A DNA stretch of 64,000 bases from Candidatus Latescibacterota bacterium (GTDB lineage Bacteria; Krumholzibacteriota; Krumholzibacteriia; WVZY01; JAKEHA01): positions 50,088-114,087 of the forward strand of contig CAVXFV010000005.1 of assembly GCA_963761125.1 (NCBI GenBank), read 5' to 3'. This document shows positions 29,596 to 38,904 of this stretch, piece by piece (position 1 is the stretch's first letter; each line of letters opens with the position of its first letter). The translations under genes were made by a program, and so were the position numbers. Below the pieces are notes generated by a model that saw nothing but the letters and a program-made list of their open reading frames with translations, was not told where the DNA came from and searched no databases.

Positions 29596-30642
29596 ATGCT
29601 GCAACAGGTCAACGACGCGATCGCGGCCACGCTGTCGGAGCTGGGGATGGACGGCCGCACCTGCTTCACCCGGGTCACCTCGTTGCCTCCGGACGGCGCG
29701 ACCATCGAACTCGAGGCGAGCGACCCCCGGGTCGGCGCGGGGGTGACCGGGCGTCTGAACCTGGTCGGAGACGACGCCGGCCGGCTTCGCATCGTTATGT
29801 TGCCCGCGGCGGGACTTCCGTCGTGGCTCATGGCGGTCAGCAGCGTGGCCGATATTCGCAAGGGCCCCTCCCACCAATCGGAACTCGTCACCCAGGTGAT
29901 TTACGGCGACCGTCTGAAGCCCCTCCGGGAAGACGGGGACTGGTACCTGATTCGTGTCGACGACGGGTATATCGGGTGGATCCGGAGCTGGCACGTGGAG
30001 GTTCTGGTCGAAGACCGAATGCAGGCCTTCGACGCGCGGGCTCGCCACCGGATCGCCGTCAACCACGCCCAGGTGCTGACGGCACCCGAGCCGGGGGCGC
30101 TCCCCGTCACGGACCTGGTCATTGGGACCCGCGTGGTGGCCGCCCCCGGGGGGCGCCGCGGCTGGTGGACGGTGGAACTTCCCGACGGAAAGCAAGGGTT
30201 CACGCTGGGCACGAACGTGGAGAGACGGCCGAAGCGCCGGGCGGTCTCCCGCGAGCGCCTGGCCTCGACGGGACTGCGTTTCCTGGGGATTCCGTATCTC
30301 TGGGGAGGCACGACACCGAAGGGCTTTGACTGCTCCGGGCTGATCCAGCGCGTCTTCCGCCTGAACGGACGCCTGCTCCCACGGGACGCGGACATGCAGT
30401 CCGGGTTCGGCAAGGAGAAGCCGTCGCTGGAGGGGGGAGAGGGTCTGACGCCCGGAGACCTGGTCTTCTTCGGCAGAACCGTCCACCGGGTCACGCACGT
30501 CGGCATGGTACTCCCGGAGCGTCTGTTTCTGCATTCCTACGGGCAAGTCCGTGTGAATTCATTAGATCCATCGCACCCCCTCTTTACTCCCGACCTGGCC
30601 CGCGACTGGCGTATTACCCGCGATCCGCTTGTGACCAAATGA
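29596..30642 (+). CDS. NlpC/P60-family peptidase with N-terminal SH3-like domains (gamma-D-glutamyl-L-diamino-acid endopeptidase-like)
   Basis: C-terminal catalytic core ...YLWGGTTPKGFDCSGLIQRVF...VTHVGMVL... (Cys/His of the NlpC/P60 fold) preceded by SH3b-like repeats. Confidence 0.8.
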   Translation: MLQQVNDAIAATLSELGMDGRTCFTRVTSLPPDGATIELEASDPRVGAGVTGRLNLVGDDAGRLRIVMLPAAGLPSWLMAVSSVADIRKGPSHQSELVTQVIYGDRLKPLREDGDWYLIRVDDGYIGWIRSWHVEVLVEDRMQAFDARARHRIAVNHAQVLTAPEPGALPVTDLVIGTRVVAAPGGRRGWWTVELPDGKQGFTLGTNVERRPKRRAVSRERLASTGLRFLGIPYLWGGTTPKGFDCSGLIQRVFRLNGRLLPRDADMQSGFGKEKPSLEGGEGLTPGDLVFFGRTVHRVTHVGMVLPERLFLHSYGQVRVNSLDPSHPLFTPDLARDWRITRDPLVTK

Positions 30643-30706
30643 GTTAGAATTTCCCGCCCCGATCCAGGCTTCATGTGAATCACTTCTCAACGTAGCCAAA
30701 AAAAAG

Positions 30707-30736
30707 TTGACACGTTTCTGGAGCGGTCGATAACGT
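30707..30736 (+). promoter_or_regulatory. Candidate promoter (A-tract + TTGACA) for the porin-like outer-membrane protein gene
   Basis: AAAAAAAG upstream-element-like tract, TTGACA at 30707-30712, and an imperfect -10 (GATAAC/TAACGT) 15-18 nt downstream. Confidence 0.35.
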
Positions 30737-30744
30737 TCCCCCTC

Positions 30745-31060
30745 AAAGCTGGAGTGCAGCCTTCGGGTTGCTCTCCCGGGAGCTTCCGCCCGTCAGGCGG
30801 GTGCAATGAATCCGCCGGGGGCGAGGGCCGAAAGTCGCTCGATTAACGACTCGTGAGGTGACGACAGCGTCGCCGCCAGCAGTGCCTTCGACAAGGAGGT
30901 GGTGGGACTCGGGTTTTGATCGATGCGCCCTGTGGCGCGCCGCCCCAACGGAGCACCCGTCAGGGCTTTATGTTGAAGTAGGGTCGAATGAACGGGAATG
31001 GGTACCGGCAGAGGCCGGTCAGTGCATTCAGACAGCCATTCCCACCAGAGGAGGTCAGAC
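30745..31060 (+). ncRNA. Long structured 5' leader (about 315 nt) upstream of the outer-membrane protein gene; candidate cis-regulatory RNA, class unknown
   Basis: Non-coding gap with consecutive GC-rich hairpins, including GCAGCC-UUCG-GGUUGC (UUCG tetraloop) and the palindrome CUCCCGGGAG; no convincing ORF; ends at a GGAGG Shine-Dalgarno. Confidence 0.3.
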
Positions 31061-32335
31061 ATGTTGAAGAACTGGAGCAGGATTGCGCTTGCTTCGTTCA
31101 TGGTTGTGTTGCTTGGTGCGTCGGCCGCGTTTGCGACGACGTCCCGGGTACGGTCGCTGGCGAATGTCGGCGACTACATCAGTGACGATTCGGCGGTCAA
31201 CCGCTGGTACAGCACGCTGCCGTCGTTCGCCAACCAGGTGAACGTCGAGCTGGGAGATTGGTCCGCGGGCCTCATTGGAACGCGTGCGATGGGTTGGACC
31301 CAGTCGTGCGGCGATGACGGTAAATGGGGCACTTACCGGATCAGCTTGAACGAGAACGCGGTCGACAGTCCGGGTTTCTGGATCGGCAACCCGTTCTATC
31401 AGGTTCATACCCCGTCCGATAAGGGCGGTCTCAACGATCCGACGGGTACCCACAATAACACTCCGGTGAACAAGTGGGATCTCGCGGGTGGCTGGGAGCT
31501 TGGCGAGAACATGACCCTCGGCGTTGCGTTTACGCATTCGTCGTGGAACTACAAGAACACGGCCGCGCAGATCGACGCCAGCAACTCGTACCTGACGCTG
31601 GGTGCGGGCATCACGTGGACGAACAACGACAACACGGTTGTCGATGCCGTTGCCACGTTCGGCAAGGCCGGCGGCGAGGTCAAGGAAGGTACGGCGACGA
31701 CCAAGTGGGACGGCAGCACGGCGTTCCAGATCGCGGGCCGTATGTTCTATGACTGGAAGGACAACGTCACGGTCGTTCCGATGGCGGAGTTCGCGACGTC
31801 CGACTTCAGCCTGCAGTCGGATCCGACGGCGATTCCGGCGCCCAATGGCCAGAAGCTCACCGACTTCATGGTCGGACTCGGCATGAACATGGATGTCAAT
31901 CAGGACAACATGCTCGTGTTCGCGCTCGAGTTTATGAACCGCAAGGCCGAGTATTCGAATCCGGATACGACGGCGACGAGCTTCAAGGAAGACACCATGC
32001 GTTATCTGCCGACGATCCGGCTCGCTCTCGAGTCGCACATCACGTCGTGGCTGACGACGCGCGTCGGTGCCGCCAAGTACCTCGTGAAGGAAACGCAGAA
32101 GGATGTGGGTAGCGACGAGATCAGTGCGACGCCACAGCATCCCTATGATGACTTCGCGCCGTCCGGATTCGACTGGTTCCTCGGTTGCGGCTTCAACGTC
32201 GCCGAGTGGACGGTCGACCTCGAGCTGGCGCACGAGACGCCGTTCAGCCTGGGTTACTGGCTGACCGGTTACTCGGCGTGGGGTACGTTCGACACCGGTC
32301 CGGTGGCTCGTATCTCCGCGGTGTACAACTACTAG
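31061..32335 (+). CDS. Porin-like outer-membrane beta-barrel protein (hypothetical)
   Basis: GGAGG then ATG 31061; signal peptide ...VLLGASAAFA; about 425 aa rich in alternating aromatic/Gly/Asn/Thr strands, with C-terminal ...ISAVYNY. Confidence 0.7.
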   Translation: MLKNWSRIALASFMVVLLGASAAFATTSRVRSLANVGDYISDDSAVNRWYSTLPSFANQVNVELGDWSAGLIGTRAMGWTQSCGDDGKWGTYRISLNENAVDSPGFWIGNPFYQVHTPSDKGGLNDPTGTHNNTPVNKWDLAGGWELGENMTLGVAFTHSSWNYKNTAAQIDASNSYLTLGAGITWTNNDNTVVDAVATFGKAGGEVKEGTATTKWDGSTAFQIAGRMFYDWKDNVTVVPMAEFATSDFSLQSDPTAIPAPNGQKLTDFMVGLGMNMDVNQDNMLVFALEFMNRKAEYSNPDTTATSFKEDTMRYLPTIRLALESHITSWLTTRVGAAKYLVKETQKDVGSDEISATPQHPYDDFAPSGFDWFLGCGFNVAEWTVDLELAHETPFSLGYWLTGYSAWGTFDTGPVARISAVYNY

Positions 32336-32536
32336 TCCTGACAGACGAGCAATCGTCCGACTGGACTGTGAACACGGCCCCCTCTTCGGAGGGGGCCGTT
32401 TTTTTTCTCTCCACAGCGGTGGCGCGTCGTTTCGCGTGGCGCCGCGTCGCATCCGGGAGTTTCCACCGTGGGGCGCAGAACTTGCTCCGTTCGGAGCCGG
32501 CGCGGTGGCTCTCCGGCTCGGAACGCGCCCACCACG

Positions 32537-33748
32537 ATGTATTTCTTTTACTACGTCCCGGTCGGCGTCGACGCCGAAAGACGGCGGTTCCCCGTATTCA
32601 CCGCCCTGTTCACCGCGATTTGCGTCGCGGTTTTCGTTGCAAACAAGTTCTTTCCGTCCGCGACGCCGCTGGATTTCCGCAATTACGTCTACTTCCCGGG
32701 ACTCTCCGGGCCGGGCGCGGCGCTGGCGGCGGCGTTCTTCCACCTGGGTTATTTCCATATCGTCTCGAACCTCGTCTATCTGGTGCTGTTCGGGACGTAT
32801 CTGGAAGATCGGATGGGAGGACTTCGTTTCGCAGCTCTATTCCTGGGAGCCGCGTTCATCGGCAACGTGGCGCAGGGGTGGTTCAATCTGAGCGTGCTCC
32901 ATTCCAACGCCGGGATCATCGGCGCGTCCGGTGCCATCTCCGGCGTTCTCGGCGCATTCCTGGTTCGCCTGCGTCACCAGCGCGTCAAGATCGCGTACTG
33001 GGTGTTTGCGCCGCTGATGGCGACCAATCGCGCCGGGACCACGAATCTCCACGTGTTCTTCGCCCTTGCCATCTGGGTGCTCCTCCAGGTGGTGCGCAGC
33101 CTGGTTCAACTCCAGGGCATCGGCGGCAACGTCGCCTACATGACCCACATCGCCGGTTTCAGCTTCGGGTTCGCCACCATGCTGGCGATGGGAGGGTGGC
33201 GCGACGGGCTGGTCGACGGGCATCGCGTCAAGGCGCAGCGCTACCTGCGCCGCGGGGAGTTCTTCGGCGCCCAGGACGAACTGTCGCGCTACGCCGAAGC
33301 CATGCCCGAAGACGGAGAGGGGCACGCGGCACTCGCGCGCGTGCACATCCAGTGCGGGAATCCGGCCGGCGCGAAAAAGAGCTACGCGGACGCGTGCGTG
33401 TGCCTGCTGGCGTCCGGCCGGAGGGGGTACGCCGAACGCGTCTACGCGCAAGCCGTGCGCGCGTTTCCGGACTTCGTCCTCGACGCGGATCGTCAGCTCG
33501 ACCTGTGCTTCGGCCTGGAACGCAATCTCAAGCCCGACCTTGCACTCAAGGCGTACGAATCGTTCGTGCACATTCACCGTGACCACGGAGAGGCGCCGTT
33601 TGCGCTGCTGCGCGCCGCCAACCTCCACGCGAAGCAGGGCAGTGTCGAGCGAGCCCGCGAGTGCTACGAATCGCTCGTCGTGCGTTACCCCGACGATCCA
33701 TGGGCGGAGTTCGCCCAGGAGCATGCGCGCCGCCTGGCGTCGGTCTGA
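32537..33748 (+). CDS. Rhomboid-family intramembrane serine protease with a C-terminal TPR-like soluble domain
   Basis: ATG 32537; six TM helices with GASGAISGVLGAF (GxSG serine) and ...MTHIAGF (His); about 150-aa helical-repeat C-terminal region. Confidence 0.8.
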   Translation: MYFFYYVPVGVDAERRRFPVFTALFTAICVAVFVANKFFPSATPLDFRNYVYFPGLSGPGAALAAAFFHLGYFHIVSNLVYLVLFGTYLEDRMGGLRFAALFLGAAFIGNVAQGWFNLSVLHSNAGIIGASGAISGVLGAFLVRLRHQRVKIAYWVFAPLMATNRAGTTNLHVFFALAIWVLLQVVRSLVQLQGIGGNVAYMTHIAGFSFGFATMLAMGGWRDGLVDGHRVKAQRYLRRGEFFGAQDELSRYAEAMPEDGEGHAALARVHIQCGNPAGAKKSYADACVCLLASGRRGYAERVYAQAVRAFPDFVLDADRQLDLCFGLERNLKPDLALKAYESFVHIHRDHGEAPFALLRAANLHAKQGSVERARECYESLVVRYPDDPWAEFAQEHARRLASV

Positions 33749-33866
33749 CGCCGCGTGGCACTGCCGCGCATCCTGCCAACTCGGTAATATTCTTGCCATA
33801 TAAAGTGATCCGGTGTTAGCCTGCGGGCGGTCGCGAAGTGAGCGACCGACGGAGGGGGGAGGATCG

Positions 33867-34556
33867 ATGGGCAGGGGAATGAACTCCGTACAGGGGCTAC
33901 CGTCGGGTGACCGGCCACGCGAACGCCTGTACGCGCGCGGTGCAGGCGAACTTTCGCTTCAGGAGCTGCTCGCGATTGTGATCGGCGCGGGGCCGCGCGG
34001 CTCGAGCGCCCTCGTACTGGCGCTGGGATTGCTTGGGGAGTTTGGGGATCTGGTGACGATGGGTCGGGCCGGCGTCGACGAAATGCGCCGGGTTCCCGGC
34101 ATCGGCTTCGCCCGGGCCTGCCAGCTGGTGGCGGCATTCGAGCTGGGAAAGCGATTCGCAAGGGAATCGCGGGCGAGCGGAACGTCCATTCGCACGCCTG
34201 CGGACATAGCACGCTTGTTCATGGACGACATGAAGCACTACGATCGGGAGTACTTCAAAGCGGCGTTCCTGAACACGAAAAACCAGATTATCAAGGTTGT
34301 GACTGTGTCGATCGGATCGTTGAACGCCTCGATTGTCCATCCCCGCGAGATCCTCAAGCCCGCGATTGTCGCCAGTGCCGCTTCGATCGTGCTGGTGCAC
34401 AATCACCCCACGGGGGATCCGACGCCCAGCCGCGAGGACGTCGAGTTTACGCGCCGTTTTGCGCGGTGCGGGGAATTAATCGGTATCGAACTCCTCGATC
34501 ATGTCGTAATCGGCGCCGATCGGTTTGAGAGTCTCAAGGAATCCGGGCACTTCTAA
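33867..34556 (+). CDS. radC: RadC-like JAMM-family protein (UPF0758)
   Basis: Helix-hairpin-helix-like N-terminus and the JAMM motif ...HNHPTGDPTPSREDVEFT...; GGAGGGGGGAGGA Shine-Dalgarno before ATG 33867. Confidence 0.85.
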   Translation: MGRGMNSVQGLPSGDRPRERLYARGAGELSLQELLAIVIGAGPRGSSALVLALGLLGEFGDLVTMGRAGVDEMRRVPGIGFARACQLVAAFELGKRFARESRASGTSIRTPADIARLFMDDMKHYDREYFKAAFLNTKNQIIKVVTVSIGSLNASIVHPREILKPAIVASAASIVLVHNHPTGDPTPSREDVEFTRRFARCGELIGIELLDHVVIGADRFESLKESGHF

Positions 34557-34574
34557 ACCCGGTGCGGAGTGGGA

Positions 34575-35615
34575 ATGTCGCTGTTTACCAGACTGAACAA
34601 TTACCTGACCAACGACGTCGCCATCGATCTCGGGACGGCCAATACGCTCGTCTTCATTCGTGGCAGCGGTATCGTTCTCAATGAACCGTCGGTGGTCGCG
34701 GTCGATAAGCGCACCAAGAAGGTGTTCGCGGTCGGCATGGAAGCCAAGACCATGCTCGGCAAGACACCGGACTATATCGCGGCCATTCGCCCGATGAAGG
34801 ACGGCGTCATCGCCGACTTCGAGGTTACGGAAAAGATGCTGCGCGAGTTCATCAAGAAGTCGCAGAAGAAGCGTCACTTCATCCGCCCCCGCATCGTCAT
34901 CGCCGTGCCCTCGGGGATCACGGAGGTGGAGAGCCGCGCGGTCCGTGACAGCGCCAAGCACGCCGGCGCCCGCGAGGTATTCCTGATCGCCGAGCCGATC
35001 GCGGCCGCCATCGGCGTCGGCCTGCCGGTCGACAAGCCGTCCGGCAACATGATCATCGACATCGGCGGAGGCACTACGGAAATTGCCGTGATCGCTCTGG
35101 ACGGGATCGTCGCCGACAGTTCCATTCGCGTGGCGGGCGACGAAATCGATGAGGCGATCGTCAACTACGTCAAGCGCACCTACAACATGCTCATCGGCGA
35201 GCAGACGGCCGAGCAGATCAAGATGAAGATTGGGTGCGCGTTGAAGGTCGACAGACCGTACGAAATGGAGATCAAGGGACGCGATCACGTCGCCGGCATT
35301 CCGAAGAATCTCAAACTCACGAGCGAAGAAATTCGCGATGCTATCAGCGAACCGATCTCGCAGATTGTCGAAGCGCTCAAGAACGCCCTCGAGCAGACGC
35401 CTCCCGAACTCGCGGCGGACATCGTCGATCGCGGTATCGTCATGACCGGCGGCGGAGCGTTGCTCAAGGGACTCGATCAGTTGCTCAAGAAGGAGACAGG
35501 GCTCCCGATCAACGTGGTCGACGATCCGTTGCTGTGCGTCGTGCTCGGCGCCGGCAAAGTGCTCGACAACGTGCACGAATTCGATCGAGTGCTGATGCAC
35601 AGCTCGCGCGATTAG
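34575..35615 (+). CDS. mreB: Rod-shape-determining actin homolog MreB
   Basis: ...[10 protein letters not shown]...[11 protein letters not shown]...[10 protein letters not shown]...; GGAG Shine-Dalgarno 6 nt before ATG 34575. Confidence 0.93.
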   Translation: MSLFTRLNNYLTNDVAIDLGTANTLVFIRGSGIVLNEPSVVAVDKRTKKVFAVGMEAKTMLGKTPDYIAAIRPMKDGVIADFEVTEKMLREFIKKSQKKRHFIRPRIVIAVPSGITEVESRAVRDSAKHAGAREVFLIAEPIAAAIGVGLPVDKPSGNMIIDIGGGTTEIAVIALDGIVADSSIRVAGDEIDEAIVNYVKRTYNMLIGEQTAEQIKMKIGCALKVDRPYEMEIKGRDHVAGIPKNLKLTSEEIRDAISEPISQIVEALKNALEQTPPELAADIVDRGIVMTGGGALLKGLDQLLKKETGLPINVVDDPLLCVVLGAGKVLDNVHEFDRVLMHSSRD

Positions 35616-35618
35616 CGT

Positions 35619-36488
35619 ATGCAGCTGTTCGAAGCTGTCTTTCAGAAACACCGCGACCGCACGGTTCTCGTCGCCCTGATCGTCGCATCCCTGGCGCTTC
35701 TTGCGCTCCCCGAAGCCACCCAGCTCGATTTCGCCCGCGTCGTCATCGATCGGATCATGCTGCCGGTCGACCGTTTCACGGCGTTCATGCACGACTACAC
35801 CGACATTCGCGCCGAGAACGAGCGTCTGCGTCGCATGGTCGCGACGATGTCGCTCGAGCGTGGACGGTTGCTCCAGTTCCGTGACGAGCGCGAGCGCCTC
35901 CGGCGCCTGGCGGAGTTCAAGGAAGAACAGACGCGACGGCTCGTGGCCGCCGAGGTTGTGGGGCGCGAGTTCGACCGGATCCAGACGACTCTCGTGATCG
36001 ACAAGGGCGCCGAGGAGGGGCTCGGCGAGCGCATGCCCGTCTTCAGCTATTCGGGACTCGCCGGCAGCCTGACCCGAGTCTTTCCGCACTCGGCCTGGGT
36101 GCAGCTCCTGTGCAGCAAGAATCACCCGGTGAGTTGCGTCGACAAGCGCAGCCGCGTCGTCGGCGTGATGGAGTGGAAATACCGGAACATGTTCGAAGTG
36201 AAGCACGTGAGCGCGGTCGAGGACGTCGTGGCCGGCGACACGCTCCTGACGAGCGGCTTCGGCGGGACCATTCCCAAGGGATACATGCTCGGAATCGTGA
36301 CCCGGGCGGCGACCTCCGCCGACGGGCTGAGTCTGCGCGTCGACGCGCGCAGCGCGATCGATTTTCTGTCACTCGAAGAAGTGTTCGTGATGACCGAAGA
36401 GATTCCGTGGGACAAGTCGCTGTTCTACGACGAAGCTGACACGGCTCTGATGCGCGACGTGATTCTCCATGCGAAGCGAAAGCGATAA
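35619..36488 (+). CDS. mreC: Rod-shape-determining protein MreC
   Basis: 289 aa; N-terminal TM segment, coiled coil, and beta-rich C-terminal domain; located between mreB and mreD. Confidence 0.85.
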   Translation: MQLFEAVFQKHRDRTVLVALIVASLALLALPEATQLDFARVVIDRIMLPVDRFTAFMHDYTDIRAENERLRRMVATMSLERGRLLQFRDERERLRRLAEFKEEQTRRLVAAEVVGREFDRIQTTLVIDKGAEEGLGERMPVFSYSGLAGSLTRVFPHSAWVQLLCSKNHPVSCVDKRSRVVGVMEWKYRNMFEVKHVSAVEDVVAGDTLLTSGFGGTIPKGYMLGIVTRAATSADGLSLRVDARSAIDFLSLEEVFVMTEEIPWDKSLFYDEADTALMRDVILHAKRKR

Positions 36489-36497
36489 GGTGCCGGC

Positions 36498-36998
36498 ATG
36501 AGGCTCATCTGGCTCGTCCTGTCGATCGCCGTGTTTCTCGCCCTGCAGAGCGCGCTCGCGGGGCGGATGGCGTTCGGCCGGGTGGCGCCCGACTTCGTGG
36601 TCGTGTGCGTGGTGCTCCTCGGGCTTCAGCGGGGGCCCATCCAGGGGGCGTTCTTTGGGTTCGTCATCGGCCTGATCGTCGATCTGGCGAATCCGGGCTC
36701 TCTGGGATTGAACGCGCTGGCCAACACGATCATCGGGTTCGGGACCGGCCGCATCGGCGCTGCGACGTCGGCGGGGTGGGTGATTCTTGCGATCGTATTT
36801 TTCATGGCGACTCTTGCCCACGACGTCGTTTATTACCTTGTGTATCTGTGGCCACGAGTGGGCGGGGCGTTGTACAGCGTGATCACGATCGCGTTGCCGT
36901 CGGCGGTGTATACCGCGGTCGCCGGGCTGGGTGTTCAGGTGATTCTCGCGCTGCTCGGGGCGAAGTTGGTGACGCCGCTTGGCAAAACGAGACGCTAA
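36498..36998 (+). CDS. mreD: Rod-shape-determining protein MreD
   Basis: 166-aa polytopic membrane protein following mreC. Confidence 0.8.
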   Translation: MRLIWLVLSIAVFLALQSALAGRMAFGRVAPDFVVVCVVLLGLQRGPIQGAFFGFVIGLIVDLANPGSLGLNALANTIIGFGTGRIGAATSAGWVILAIVFFMATLAHDVVYYLVYLWPRVGGALYSVITIALPSAVYTAVAGLGVQVILALLGAKLVTPLGKTRR

Positions 36999-38904
36999 GA
37001 GCCTCGGCGCAGGCCCGCATCGTCTGCAGGTCCTGCTCGCGGTGATCGCAATCGGGTTCCTCGTGCTGATCATCCGCCTCTTTACGATGCAGGTGGTGGA
37101 GTACGACGAGTACGCCCAGTTTGCGCGCGACAATCAGCTCCAGCGCGAACGAGTACCGGGTCCGCGCGGTTTCATGCGCGATCGCAACGGCACCGTCATC
37201 GTCGACAACGCCCTGCATTTCGAGGTGACGATGAACTGGCGGTCGCGCGCCGACGTCGTCACGACATTGCGGCGCCTGTCCCCGTTCATTCCCATCGATA
37301 CCACGCGTGCCATGTCGCGGTTCGACGCGTGGCAGAAGCGCTACGGCCGGACCGCGTTTCCGCTCTTTCCGGACGCCGACAAGTTCGTGATTTCCTTCGT
37401 GCGCGAAAACTGGGAAGAATTTCCGTCGCTGAAGGTCGAGACGCGCACGCGCCGGCGTTACCCACCCGGCGACGTTGCGGCTCACGTGCTCGGGTACGTG
37501 GGTGAGGTCACCCCCGACGACGTCGAGGACGCGTCCAACGGTGCGTACGTTCCCGGCGACTTTGTCGGCAAGGCGGGTCTCGAGCGCCAGTACGAAGACG
37601 TCCTGCGCGGAACGGCGGGGCAGCGCGCCATCGAAGTCACGGCGTCGGGCACGTCGCTCGGGGAAGTTCCCAACCTCTCGATACCCGCGGTTCCGGGCCA
37701 CGACATCTACCTGGCGATGGATTTCCACATGCAGTGCTTCCTCGATTCGCTGCTGGCGACGCGTCCGAACCCGAGCGCTGCGGTTGTTCTCGACGTCGAG
37801 ACCGGCGGAATCATCGCGGCGAGCAGTCATCCGGCCTACGATCCCAACGAGTTCGCTCTCGGCGTCTCGCCCTCGTTGATGAACGACCTGGTCAACGACG
37901 ATACCAAGCCCTTGTTCAATCGAATTTCGCACGCGCGCTATCCGCCGGCGTCGACGTTCAAGATCATCGTTACCTATGCCATTCTCCATAACCACCTGAT
38001 CGATCCCTCGCGCATTCTGGTCTATTGCGATGGGACGCATCGATTCGGGAATCGTGTTTTCCGCTGCTGGCAGCCGCTTGGCCACGGTGGGATGAATCTC
38101 TATTCCGCGGTCATCTATTCGTGCGACGTCTATTTCTACCGCGCGGCGGAAATGATGGACGTCGACATGCTCGCCGCGGCCGCCTCCGAATTCGGATTCG
38201 ACCAGAAGACCGGCGTCGACTTGCCCATCGAGGTCGCCGGCAATGTTCCCACGCGGCGTTACTACGACAAGCGCTACGGAAAAGGCCGATGGACCCAGGG
38301 ATTGATGATCAACAACGCCATCGGGCAGGGCGAATATCTCGCCACGGTTCTCCATGTCGCGCGCATGTCGGCCGCAGTCGCGAACGGCGGGTGGCTCGTA
38401 CAGCCGCATTTCCTGGACCACATCGCCGGCGAACCGCCGGTGACGCATGAACGTCGCAAGGTCGACGGCCTCGACGGCTCGACGCTGGCGTTCCTGCAGC
38501 GCGCGATGCTTGGCGTCGTCGAGACGCCGGGTGCGACCGCCAACTGGACGCGCATCCCGTGGCTGAAGGTCGCGGGGAAGACCGGCACCGCGCAGAACCC
38601 GCACGGCGAAAACCATTCGTGGTACACGGCCTACGCGCCCGCCGACCACCCGGAGATCGCGCTTGCCATCATCGTGGAGAACGCAGGACATGGCAGCGAA
38701 GTCGCGGCGCCGATCGCGCGCGATTTCCTCAAGGAGTATTTCCGCCCGGGCCGCCGGGGTGGACCCGCGACTGTGTCGCAGAACACCGACGCGCCCGCCG
38801 GCCGGTCGGGCGAATCGCCGCGGGTGGCGGGAACAACGCGTTCGCGTCCGACACCCGCATCGTTGCCGGCGGACAGTACGGTCGCGCAGGGGGTGACGCC
38901 ATGA
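36979..38904 (+). CDS. mrdA: Penicillin-binding protein 2 (elongasome transpeptidase)
   Basis: 641 aa; ...STFKII... (SxxK), SCD and KTGTA motifs. TTG start at 36979 overlaps the mreD end. Confidence 0.88.
   Translation: MAKRDAKSLGAGPHRLQVLLAVIAIGFLVLIIRLFTMQVVEYDEYAQFARDNQLQRERVPGPRGFMRDRNGTVIVDNALHFEVTMNWRSRADVVTTLRRLSPFIPIDTTRAMSRFDAWQKRYGRTAFPLFPDADKFVISFVRENWEEFPSLKVETRTRRRYPPGDVAAHVLGYVGEVTPDDVEDASNGAYVPGDFVGKAGLERQYEDVLRGTAGQRAIEVTASGTSLGEVPNLSIPAVPGHDIYLAMDFHMQCFLDSLLATRPNPSAAVVLDVETGGIIAASSHPAYDPNEFALGVSPSLMNDLVNDDTKPLFNRISHARYPPASTFKIIVTYAILHNHLIDPSRILVYCDGTHRFGNRVFRCWQPLGHGGMNLYSAVIYSCDVYFYRAAEMMDVDMLAAAASEFGFDQKTGVDLPIEVAGNVPTRRYYDKRYGKGRWTQGLMINNAIGQGEYLATVLHVARMSAAVANGGWLVQPHFLDHIAGEPPVTHERRKVDGLDGSTLAFLQRAMLGVVETPGATANWTRIPWLKVAGKTGTAQNPHGENHSWYTAYAPADHPEIALAIIVENAGHGSEVAAPIARDFLKEYFRPGRRGGPATVSQNTDAPAGRSGESPRVAGTTRSRPTPASLPADSTVAQGVTP

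Noticed and set aside
30780-30960. Cobalamin riboswitch upstream of the outer-membrane protein gene
   Set aside because: A GGGUG-CAAUG-AAUCCGCC segment resembles part of the B12 element core, but the spacing is off and no GCCACUG B12 box or GGGAAGGC closing motif is present. It is kept only as a generic structured leader.
30643-31060. RNase P RNA, tmRNA, SRP RNA or 6S RNA in the largest non-coding gaps (also 9091-9514 and 41842-42097)
   Set aside because: None of the universally conserved motifs was found: GGAAAGUCCGGGCUCC / ACAGAACCCGGCUUA for RNase P, the GGGG...UCCACCA tRNA-like ends of tmRNA, or GUCCGGAAGGAAGCAGC for SRP.
32185-33582. 465-aa + strand ORF overlapping the rhomboid gene in another frame
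   Set aside because: Translation is Arg/Gly/Pro low-complexity. The overlapping frame encodes a rhomboid with intact catalytic motifs.
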